Shown here: in pieces, positions 49,801 to 64,000 of the stretch
Numbering within the stretch: the first letter of the stretch is position 1
Layout of the letters: each line of letters starts with the position of its first letter
NCBI GenBank assembly: GCA_964016885.1
Contig: OZ024741.1
Coordinates: 380,370,001 to 380,434,000 of the forward strand
Length of the DNA: 64,000 nt
Direction: 5' to 3'
DNA from: Eledone cirrhosa
Lineage: Eukaryota
Translations under genes and position numbers: made by a program
Notes under the pieces: model-generated
The model's input: the letters and a program-made list of their open reading frames with translations, nothing else
Databases searched by the model: none
What the model was told of the DNA's origin: nothing

Positions 49801-51845
49801 AGGTTTGCGAGGCTTTTACACCCTACTCCCCTATCTGCTAATCCCACACAATCCCAGCATGTATCTAAAGAGCGGGACGTTCCAAGAAAGGTCTCCAGAC
49901 GCCGGACGAAATCAGGCCACCCTGCTCCTCTCGGGGCATAGACGGCCTGAAAGCTTGCCCTTCTCCACTGATCACAGCCAGCACCACCAACTTACCTTCT
50001 GGGTCCATGAAGATGGCCCATATGGTGAGATCCAAGCCTCTCCTGAAAAGCAAAGCAACTCCTCCTCCCAATCCTGGACGGCTGGGAGTGGCGTATACAT
50101 CGTAGCCGCCGAAGATCAGTGTGAAGGTTCGTGCTTTGGAGATTCTGGTCCCACTGATGGCCACCACATCTATGTTTAGTGACCTGAGGTCATTGACCAG
50201 GTGGCCCTAATTCCATGACGACTCCAGGTCGTGCGTATTTATGCTGCCTATTTTGAGTAAGGTCATGTTGAAAAGAAGTTGAAAAAGATGGCAAAGACCA
50301 TTTACTTCACTTCTTGTGGAGGAAGGATGGTTTTTCCATCCTTCTCACTGTTTGTGCCCCCCTGCGGAAGGATGTCTTTATAAATCCTCCTGCAGAGTGT
50401 TTGTTGGAAGTCTCCGATGTCCTTGGGGAATTTTAATTTTAGTGTTGTGTATGTTTTCTGTGTGATACAAGTGATGTGTATGTGTGTGGGTGGTGTGAAT
50501 TGTTGGGGTGTTGTATAGTCTTTTTCTGAGATGCTGGTGTTCTGTTGAATGTAGTGTAGTAATTGGTTGTTGTTCAAATTTAATGCTGTGTTGTGTGTAT
50601 CAGTTTGGTTGCTTTGTTTTGTTTACGTTTGTTGTGGGTTTGTTTCTGTTTCGCTTGTTGGTGATGGTGGTGTTGGGGTTAATGATGGTGATGTTGTTGG
50701 TGTTTGTGGTGATGAGGCTGTTGATACTGGTCTGAGTGGTTGCATAGCTGTCTTAACTTTTTTGTTAGTTTGTTTGTTTCACCCTGCATTTTGTTTTTGG
50801 AGGGCGAAGGAAGAGGCCTTTTTCTTTTCTGGTTTCTTTTTTTTTCCAGATAGTTTGCCACTCCACCCCGTCGTCACAGTCTGTCTCCAGTTGTGAGAGG
50901 TCTGGGAGTGGAAAATCCTCCACAGGTGTTGGTTTTAGTTGTGGCGTGGTGGATGGAGGAGGCGCTGGTGCGGTGGGTGGTGGCGGTGTTGGTCTTACAA
51001 CTGTTGCTGTTGTCGTTTTCGCTGCCATTTCTGCTGATGGATTTGATGGTTCGGTCAGTGGGGTGGGCAAGAGAGGTGGGCTCAACTTTTTAGCCTGAGG
51101 GCAGAACACATCTAGGCCTTCTACCCTCAACAAATACGGTGAGGTGGCTGCCATCATTAAGGTCTATCACTTCTGGAATTTCCTGTATGTTTTTTGGGTC
51201 TGCATGGATCAGGAGCTCCATCCCAGAACCGGATCAGTACTCCTGTTTTACTTTGATTACCTCGATTACTTTTGTGTTGGCCTCGATGTCGGCGAGAACG
51301 GCAGCCTTTAGCCAGAGAATTTCAATGGCCGGCGGAACCTGGGTCACCCTGAACCTTACCAACTTCTGACCACACTAGCTAGGGACGAGTGTGAACCCGT
51401 CACCTTTTAATGGGGCCATGGTGTGCTCCCTGGCTTCCTGTGGGGTTCCAAAGAACACGTCCACAGTTCCATATTATTGTCCATGTCTGATGTGGGTTTT
51501 TTGAGCCCACACGTGTCCCAAATCATTTTTGATCTCAGACTAGGATGCCCACTCCACTCGGCGTGTTTTTTATTTATTGTTCGAAATGATATGGTGCATA
51601 GGCGCGTATGCTCCATGGTACTAGATGGGGGTGGTGAGGGTGACCCTGTACCCATATTTTTTACCATTCGCTTGGCTTCATTCAATTCTTCCTGGCTAAC
51701 CTCAACGGTTTCATTTTTGTTTGCCGCTTTGGCAAAAGATACATTTGGTTTTGCGCTAGTGTTGATGTTGTTGTTGTTGTTATTCTTATTGTTGCTGTTG
51801 TTTTTATTGTTATTTTTGTTATTATTATTTTTTTATAATAATATC
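46823..51845 (-). mobile_element. Tx1-like copy C, most decayed, A-type ORF1, 5' end missing
   Basis: (TTA)n tail at 46823-46877. ORF2 remnants 47128-50266 with many indels. ORF1 remnants from 50302 closely resemble copy A (QLLHYIQ.NTSI.EKDYTT..KFPKDIGDF). Confidence 0.9.
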
Positions 51846-51849
51846 AACT

Positions 51850-52057
51850 CTTTCTAATTTAGGCACAAGACCATCAATTTTTGGGGGAGGGAAAATTGAA
51901 TAAACTGACCCCAGTGCATTACTGGTGTTTTATTTATTGACCCCGTCAGGATGAAAGGCAAAGCTAACCTCGGAGGGATGTGATCACAGAAAGTAAAGAG
52001 CCGTGACTCTATGCTGTGAAGCATGATGAGTGGGACTCTATCAATACTATCAGTTCC
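51850..52057 (-). mobile_element. tRNA-derived SINE abutting the broken 5' end of copy C
   Basis: tttctaatttaggcacaag...cccagtgcattactgg...ggatgaaaggcaaag. Confidence 0.85.
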
Positions 52058-52129
52058 AAGTGATAAAGCCTACGTTCAGGTACCAATAGTCTAATACTGT
52101 GAAACTAAAGCACACAAATATAAAAGGCG

Positions 52130-52495
52130 TACTATTGCACATACATAAATGGAATGAATCTCCATTGGATTTGATGATGAGCCTTCCAGTTGTTTGAGTA
52201 ACAGCACACAATGCTTAAGAAATTAATGTACAAGTAGGTGAACCTCCCACAGATTCATAAATATGTATGTAATCCGCAAGGAGATTCAGCATGAAACAGT
52301 ATGTGACAAGGCAGGCTATTTGAATTACGATGGGCCTTTAAACAGATTATGCTTATTTAATTTTTATTATAAGGCTTGGGACAACTCAAGGCTATGTTAA
52401 AATACACTCGTCCAAGTTGTCATGAAATAAGACCAAGCCTGGAACATATGAATGGGACGCAAACTTCTGAACCTTTTGGGCAACACACCTAAACA
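52130..52495 (-). mobile_element. Decayed SINE, probably CORE-type
   Basis: gagattcagcatgaaacag..tgtgacaaggc and a CORE/tRNA-like end (acactcgtccaag...aaacttctgaacc). Recognition is by resemblance only. Confidence 0.45.
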
Positions 52496-52679
52496 TACAC
52501 ATTGCAAATTTGGAATTTGGAAACGTCAATGCAAGTGAGAGATCTTAACCAATTCCATTTGGGGGAAGGAAATATGAATGTATTGATAAAATAGAGTAAT
52601 CTATACTACAGTTTTAATGGCGATTATCCAAATTAGGGGGTGCAGAAGAATATTACAATTTAAAACGCGCTACACAGTT

Positions 52680-52720
<41 letters not shown>

Positions 52721-52725
<5 letters not shown>

Positions 52726-53387
52726 TGGATGAATACTTCAACAGGTACTATGTACTTGTAGAAATATGCAAGATGTTTATAATATTTGTGGTTCAATGGT
52801 ACTAATTCGAGACACCAGAACAATATAAAAAGTTGCGGAGCAGGCGGTTATCAAACAATTCTCTAAATAAATTAAAATACGATTTAAATAATCACCTGTT
52901 CTGTTGCTGTTACCGACGGTTTCATCATTCCAAAAGATTGGAAATCCAGAGAATTTCCAATGGAAAGAAATGAATCTTCAGACAGCCTATTTCCACACCA
53001 TAAGGTTGCAAGCCCTATAGTAAGTAAATATTTCGCTTCCTGCCCACCGCATGCGGTCAAGCCGTTAAAATGACACACAAACAAAATCAGGTCGCTGATA
53101 ATAGCTGTTTATTATAAACATGTTGATATTGCCACTAAAATTAGCAGCATTATTCAAAGTTTTGTTCTCTACATAAGGAGAAAAATTATATAAGTGGATG
53201 AATACTTCAACAGGTACTATGTACTTGTAGAAATATGCAAGATGTTTATAATATTTGTGGTTCAATGGTACTAATTCGAGACACCAGAACTATATAAAAT
53301 TTGCGGAGCAGGCGGTTATCAAACAATTCTCTAAATAAATTAAAAAACAATTTAAATAATCACCTGTTCTGTTGCTGTTGCCGACGG

Positions 53388-53393
<6 letters not shown>
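52721..53393 (-). mobile_element. Non-coding 469-bp partial tandem repeat with hammerhead (retrozyme-like / non-autonomous PLE), between (TA)n tracts
   Basis: 52721-52925 is repeated near-identically at 53190-53393. The unit carries a hammerhead and no credible ORF. Confidence 0.75.
52906..52986 (-). ncRNA. Type I hammerhead ribozyme with extended stem II
   Basis: GCUGU-CUGAAGA-[U UCAUUUC..AUUGGAAAUUC(UCU)GGAUUUCCAAU..GGAAUGA U]-GAAA-CCG(U)CGG-UA^ACAGC. Confidence 0.8.
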
Positions 53394-56550
<3,157 letters not shown>

Positions 56551-58949
56551 AACAACAATATTGATTTCAAAATGAGTCTGTGTGGATTACAATGATAATA
56601 TCATTTAAAAAGATCGGACACACAATGGCAACAGAAAACTCAATAACGACAAGCACAAGGACAGTTTCTACTTAACGATCATTATAGTTTCAGATGTTTT
56701 TAAAAGACAGGACTCTTCCTCCAAATGCATTAATAGTATTTAAAGTAAGATAACTATTCAGGATGAAAACCAAGTGTTCATTGAACAAAGAAATAAGACA
56801 AAATATCTACATATTGAAATGGGACTTGGAAAATTGCCACAATCGAAGGCAATATACAAACATGGGTAGGTAACAGTAAGGGGAATAGAGAAATTAATAT
56901 AAGTTAGTTCAAGCAATCACCCTGGAAATAATATTAATAGGCAAGAAGAGATAGCAGAGTGAACTGACCACGACAGTTAGAAAGGGGTAGGAGAATTTGA
57001 AATTTGAAAATTTGAGCATCCCAACTTCAGGAAATGATTGTAACAACAGCCAATCATAATTTTCATCTCTAATGTATTTTACACGATTTTTTCAACAATT
57101 ATTTGTAGTGATCAGCTGTTAATACATTCATAGCCTTGTTTCTGCCAGTTCTTTCATTACCAACCAGTACACTTGACATACTGGCTAGGCCTCAATAAAG
57201 CCTGTATTTCTTCCTACCTTAAACCTATCCAGTCCATCTGTAGATTATGATCCTGGGATATTGAGTGTAAACCATAGTTAGGTTATTCAAATCATTATCT
57301 TTTTGACCTGTACTCTAATAACGCTGTCATTTCACTGTCTATGAATATCATCTTTATCCACCATATATTTTCTAAAAGAATACAAAATCAACAATAATTC
57401 AAGAAATTAATAATGGGATGAAAATATTTTACCATTAGTCTCTAGCATAAATTCATAGAAAACAAATGGATAAACAAATTAAGAAAACAAACAAATTTAA
57501 CTATTAATAATATATTTGTAATGTTACTTTTAAATGTGAAATAATCAGTTCTATACGAAGACAAAATGGAAAAGAAGGAAGTCAACTTTGCTTCAATATA
57601 TGTCATTCATTTCACTTTTAATAGCTTGAAGGGGAAAATATTATATACCATAGGTTTTTATTCAAAGATATATAAGTAAAAAAACATCGCTATTTGAGAA
57701 AGCTATTCTTTTTAGCAAACACGGTAGGAGCTTTCAACAATCAGTGTTGAGCTCTCTCCTTCTTTAACATTTAAGTAACAAACAATATCAATTCATATGT
57801 TCATATAGTTTGTTTGCTTATTTTTTTAGAATTTGAATAATAAAAATAACGTGATAGAATAATATATATTCTATACGTGTTTATCAATTTTATCCTGCTG
57901 TCACTGTTATTATATGACAACAACGAAAATCATTCTCTACATTTTATGTAAAGTTTTCATTGATTATATGTGAGAAAGTTCTGTAGCATTTCAGAAAGAA
58001 TAGATTGAACTATATTTATGATGTATGAACTATGGTAGTAGTTTTCATTTCAAGTTTTCATTTTATTTTTCAATGAGAACATTATCTATGAAGTTAAGAA
58101 TTAAATAGAATGAATGTATTTATTTTATATATCAGACACTGAAGTTCTAAGCTTTAGTCATAATACAGATCCGGTTGAATATTATATAAAATATATACTA
58201 ACTTTAGTGAATCAAACATTAGTTCAACATCCAACTAATGAAGTTTCGAAATTTTCACACAATAAAAAATACCCTTTTTCACCTTTTATTGAGAAAATCA
58301 TACTGAAATCTAAGCTGAATCAAGATTTTTATGTGATATTTTTGATATTTCACTTGCTCTAACCTCAACATTGATTATCAACTGTTACCAAATGTGGCTT
58401 CACTCTCATAACTCTTAGTATTAATTTTCAAGTCATCTTTTATGGACCCTCATTTAATACTTTATTCGGTATTGTCTCTTTTACTATTTCTCTCCCAATA
58501 CTTCCTTCCAAGACTATCTTCTCACCTTAAATACATTTTCTTACGCTGGTTCTTTTCCTGTCATTGCCCTCTCTTCAATTTAACATAGAGTAAGGAGGAT
58601 TATTTAGTCATACAAAACACAAGGTAATCCCTAGTGTTGATGCCATGATGAGAAACTCCCAGGAGATCTAGAGGGCAGAAAGCCTATCTGAAGCAAATGT
58701 TTCAGCCCTTAACTTCTTACACTCTCATGGAGATGGGCCACATCCAGATTCTGACACCTTGTTACCCATCTGCTGAAATTTAGCCACTTGAATATCAGAG
58801 ACTGATTAGAGATTTTGTTGAAAAGATTTAGTTGGAACTCTCCTCCTTTGCAATAAAATGCATTCATTATATCCTATAAAGTAGTTAGCAAATGAACAGG
58901 GAAAATTATGGTTAAAAAGACAATATCTGGTGAAGGATAGAACAGCCTC

Positions 58950-59170
58950 ACTAGATTTGATACCATGAAAAATAGATGCAGTACACTCTCTGTATGGGGT
59001 TTGCTGTTAGGATGGGCATCCAACTATATCAAACATAGAATGAACAAGTAAAGTGTGGTTCATCAATATGCCTAGCAAGTAATGTGGACTCAGAGGAGGA
59101 GAACCCATCCTAACCTTGCCAGCACAGAAAACAGATGTAAAGGAATGATAATGATAATGATGATGATGGT
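58950..59170 (+). mobile_element. Decayed RTE-tailed SINE with (GAT)n tail
   Basis: gtacactctc..gttaggatgggcatccaact..gccagcacagaaaacagatgtaaa..gatgatg. A similar copy lies at ~32060-32340. Confidence 0.6.
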
Positions 59171-59937
59171 GGTGGTGGTGGTGATAGTATTGATAAAGAA
59201 GAGATACAGCAATAACAAAGCAACCATATCTGATAATGTTATCCAAGTGTGGCTGTGCCCCAGCATGGCCTCAGCCCATCAGTGTAAAATAGCAAGTAAC
59301 TATGAGGTGCTTGTATTGTTATCATGATATATAGCATGTTTTAAGTATTAAAACCTTCAGAGGCTCCACAAGTTTCCACAACTCTCATCCAACTTTTGCA
59401 TTTTGTCTGTGTTTGTTATGTCTTATTATGACTAATACATGATGACTTTAATTCCACAAAAGATTATGTGATCCGATCTTTTCAAATATTTCTTTGATTG
59501 TATTGATTCAGCATAAGGAACCAGCTTAATGTACAGAATGCTGAGAATGTATTCTCCGAGTAGATTTAATTACACATAAAACTGTCGCAAAATATGTTTC
59601 AAATCCTACTGTAAGATAGAAAGATTGAAAGTTGTTGTATTATATGGCAATAACTAAGATGTTATAATGTTAGACTAGTGGATACATCATCATAAGATCA
59701 ACCTATTTTACATATAGCTACCCAGTAGAGAACCTGTATAATGTATGTAAATCTGCTTGTCTCAGCTTGCCTGAAAGTAAACGAATGCAAATGACATTTC
59801 CCAAATAGATTGTTAATAACAGATGGAATATCTTGAAGTAAAAACAATTTCTTCACCAATGAAAAGAATGTTAAATAACTTTATATAAGCAAACTTCAAA
59901 ATTTGACTTATATATATATATAATATATATATATATA

Positions 59938-62731
59938 TCATCATCATCATCGTTTAACGTGCATTTTCCATGCTAGCATGAGTTAGACAAGTTGTCCTGT
60001 TGTGAGAAATGCCAGGTCAGGTGACCATGACTTGCTTACACAGAACTGATTTTGCCTTGGTTTTTACAGCTGGATGCTCTTCCTAACACCAACCACATTT
60101 AAGTGAGTATTGGGTGCTTTTTGTCATGCCACTAACATGACCACTTTACAATGTGGGCTTGGTGCTTTTTGTTGTGTTGACATTAGGACCATATTACAGT
60201 GGGGGCTGGCCACTTTTTGTCATGTCCCCATCAAGACCACTTTACAGTGTGTGAGATGTATGGAAGGGTGGGCTGGGGTGGAACTGGGTGGGGTGCATAA
60301 ATGTGCCCTTGGGAAGGTAGGTTATCTGTATTACTGCATAATGCCAGAGATCTCACTCCTGTGTCATAATTTTTGAGAGGTGCAATTTTGCAAGGTAAGC
60401 TTTTATCACATCATCCCAATTGTTTCATGGACCCCCCCCCCCCCCTCAGTCAAAGGCTTCCATCGACCTTTAGTACTCTGCACCCTTTCTTACAACTGTC
60501 ATCCTTCATACATATGTTCATGCCAATGCAGTCTCCTCTCCTACACACTGCATCTGATTCTTCTTATACCTACTTTCTATCTCAGTTCATTTATGCTTTG
60601 CCATTACATATTCATCAGAGCATGAAAGCATCATTTCTTTCCAATCTTCACAAGTTTTCTGCACAGAGCACCCAGGTCTCACTTACAAGAAACGTTGCTA
60701 TCTGTATGCATGCATCATACAGTCTCCTGTCATTTTGATGGCAAAGACTTTTATGGCTTGCAGTCGTAGTAGCACCCTGAACTTCTTCCATCCTGTTCTC
60801 ACTCTGGCTACTGTACTTTCAGAACACCCAACTCTGCTACTACTTTGGTTACCCAGGTAGTAGAAGCTGCCTGCTGCTTCTACAATCCTTCCTGGAATTT
60901 GACAGTGCTTGTTTCCTGTGGTCATTTGCTGCTTACTGCTCCAGTGCAATGGCTATATGTAAAATCTACATTGTTAGCTAAACTTTCAGAGATTCCACTA
61001 CATCATTTGTGTACTCATAGTTTGCATTTGGGACAAAGGGTGGAATCTCTACCTACACTTTTCCTACACAGTGATCAGGGCTCTGGTTTCTCGTCTACTT
61101 ACTATGGCCTTAGTCACTGTCAGGTTGACTTTAAGACCCTTTGTTTCTAGACCCTGTTTCCATGTTTAGAATTTCTTCTCTTGTTCCACCACAGACTCCC
61201 CTATAAAAGTAAGATCTTCCATGTGCAGGAGTTTACATGGGCAGCTAGTCTTAAACTACTGCATTATAGCCTTCAGTATGATAATAAATAAGAGATGTCA
61301 AGGAACAGATGCCAACCTGTATCCTAAATTCCTCTCTATAGTTGTAAAACCTAACTTTGCTGATTGCTCCACTATACATGGCATGTACAGTTTTCACAAG
61401 CTACTCATCTTCTCCTTGTTTTCTAAGAGCCCAGCTGATTATGACATGAGGCACTCTGTTAAAAGTTTTTTTTTCAGATCAACAAATGCCAGGTAGAGTG
61501 GCTTATCTTTAGCTAGGTACTTTTCCTGTAGCTGCTTTACCAGAATGACAACTTCTGTGGTGATTTTATGTGGTACAAATATTAACTGCCTTTCATCTAG
61601 TTTAACCTGGTCCCTAATCACTGTGCTATAACACTTTTTCTTACTTTCATGACCTGGTCCATCAATTTGATACCTCTATAGTTTCCTCTACACAGTGCAT
61701 CTCCTTTACCCTTGGAGCATTTGACAATTATGCTGTTGCACCAATCATTCAGTATGACACTATATAGTATTACTTGGTTTACTATATATTTGGTTACAGT
61801 GTGACTTACTGACCCAGCATCTCAACAACTATTCCAGATGGACTGGCTGCTTTCCCGGTCATCATATCGTTAATTACCTTACATACTACACTGCTGCTGA
61901 CTTGTACAGCTGGGCCCTCAATAGGGTCCACTTCAGGTAGAATATCTTTCTACCATGCATTCTCCTCATTCAATAATCTTTAATAATGGCTCTACCATGC
62001 AGCTTTCTTTTTGGTGCCTGTTTCATTACGGCCACACTTCTCACCAATGACATAATCATTTTCCCTAACACACTGCCTAACAATCCTGAACACTTCATAT
62101 TTCTGGTCTTCATGCAGCAAAAAAATTATCATCTAGCTTCCCTACTGGCCTCTATATAGTGTACTCTGCTTCCCTCCGTTCTTCTATTTTTACATGCCTG
62201 TCTCTTGGCCTTAATTTTCACATCTACCTTATTGTTCCACCACCAATTCCCTCTCCTTCTCTCTGTAGCCCTGCTCCATCCACAAATCTCATCTGTCAAC
62301 TTCAGTAGATTATCTTTCAGGATCTCCATATGCTCTTCTATATTGAGTGTCTCTATCTGTTCTTTTTATAGCCGTAGGCTTCTGGCAAAATATCTCTAAA
62401 TTTGTTACTGGTTGAAAGCTCTTTCAACATATTCTTCACCTAATGTTGCCCTCTTTTTCCAAGTTCCTCAAGTTCTGACAATGAAATCGATAACTACTAG
62501 GTTATGTTTAGAGGTGCATTCCTCACCAGAGAAGGATTTTTTGTTTATCACCAGCACTCTATCTCATCCCCTGGTAAGGATAAAATTTATCTGCCTAGCA
62601 CATTAACTAGATATGTAGATGATCAGGAGGTTGTCAAGTTTTAAGAAGTTTCATATATATCAATATACCATTAATGTCACAGAATTGTAGGAACCTGAAA
62701 CCTTCTTCAATTCTTGTGCCAAACTCATAGA
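59938..62731 (-). mobile_element. Decayed RTE-clade LINE (partial APE, RT with Cys-rich insert, 3' end with (GAT)n tail)
   Basis: FLQFCDIN..RQINFIL (APE), NWWWN, QLQEKYLAKDKPLYLAFVDL, FYYLGNQ..GCSES..ARVRTGWKKFR. Tail catcatcatcgtttaacg. Confidence 0.85.
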
Positions 62732-62856
62732 CATTGGAAAAATATGTGAAGAGTTCTACAGAATCTATGAGTTTGGTACAAGAATTGAAGAACGTTTCAG
62801 GCTCTTACAATTCTGTGACATTAATGATATATCGATATATATCAAACTTCATAAAA
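62639..62856. repeat. Fold-back inverted repeat (~90-bp arms, 32-bp spacer) made of RTE endonuclease sequence
   Basis: 62645-62731 pairs with 62764-62850 with scattered mismatches. Confidence 0.9.
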
Positions 62857-62959
62857 TATAACAAACTTCATATATATTCTTTAACGATCGATTTCGTCAA
62901 ATCGGACCGAGAAATCATTGTGTCCATTAGTATTACCAGTTGCTAGTACTATCTATCAG

Positions 62960-63097
62960 TCGCAACTCCAGGTAGAAGGAGTAACGTGAAATAAAGTGTC
63001 TTGCTCAAGGACATAATGCATCGCCTGGTCCAGTAATCAAACTCACAACCTCACGATTGCAAATGCAATTCTCTAACCACTCAGCGACACGCCTTCA
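62960..63097 (-). mobile_element. CORE-type tRNA SINE, 5' part
   Basis: aagtgtcttgctcaaggaca (CORE motif, reverse strand) followed by tRNA-like ctctaaccactcagcgacacgcc. Confidence 0.75.
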
Positions 63098-63683
63098 TAT
63101 ATATATATATATATGTTAATTTTATTGTTCATTTTTTGTCGATTCTATTGAATGATGAATAGCTCCTGTTTATTTTAACATGTCTATCGAGCACTCTTAT
63201 TCGATATGTGTATTCCACATTCCCGATTATCTTTCGCGAATATAGAGGTTATCTCCCTTGCTAGACTCCATGTGCGTTTAGCTATAGTTAATTTCTTCAT
63301 TCGTCGGACAATGGCCCGTTGATAAAGTTATTCCGGTCCCTCTTCTCCCTAGAAGTCTTATATATTTTTATGTGGGCTGATAGGGGGCGGATTAAGGAAT
63401 AGCAGAAACCCAAGAAGCTAGATTTACCACCTTTCTAGTGGGTCCGGGTAAGTTTTTTACATTCATATGATTTATTGATTTATTGATATTTTATCTGAGT
63501 GACCCGAATCTTCCTGGTCGTTATTTTTCGGCTGCACGGGTGATTTTAGGCATAATCTTTGTGTGTTGGTATCTTAACGATAGTTATAGCTCTGATTTAT
63601 CTGAATTATTGAGCCCTCTGCCACTCATGTCGGATTTTGTTTATCGTAAATTCGTGAGCTGATTTTCCGATACTCGATTATTC

Positions 63684-63783
<100 letters not shown>

Positions 63784-64000
63784 ACATGAATCAAAGTTCT
63801 GTTTAAATCATTTATTTGCTTACAAATGTTGCTTCCAAACCGACGTTTGAAGTCTTCGGAGCAATTATTCAGTGATTTTTTTACATACTTGACCCCCTTT
63901 TCAACACAAGAGACATGTAGAAACATATTTATACATATTGACCCACAGTGGGTTGACATCCATTATAATAATATAGCATGGCAATTTACATACAAAGATT

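Overview
This is AT-rich animal DNA made almost entirely of transposable elements and microsatellites, and I can support no host gene. The SINE/RTE/Penelope repertoire suggests an octopus or related cephalopod (inference). Main contents: (i) a nearly intact R4/Dong-type RLE retrotransposon (64-3620) with a second Dong fragment abutting its (TAA)n tail. (ii) A ~17-kb same-orientation, head-to-tail array of Tx1-like (L1-group) LINEs on the minus strand (34.8-51.85 kb: 3' remnant D, copies A, B, C), joined at (TTA)n tails and decaying progressively A<B<C. Copies A and B share ORF2 and the 3'UTR but carry very different ORF1/5'UTR modules. A consensus splice donor overlaps the ORF1 stop and a conserved acceptor sits in the 3'UTR, which would splice out all of ORF2. 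(iii) Several Penelope-like elements, one with an intact minimal hammerhead ribozyme. (iv) A non-coding 469-bp partial tandem repeat carrying a type I hammerhead with a long stem II (retrozyme-like). (v) RTE remnants, tRNA-derived SINEs with clear TSDs, a non-autonomous Helitron, piggyBac-like MITEs and several local inverted duplications. All alignments and folds were done by eye, and boundaries of decayed elements are approximate.
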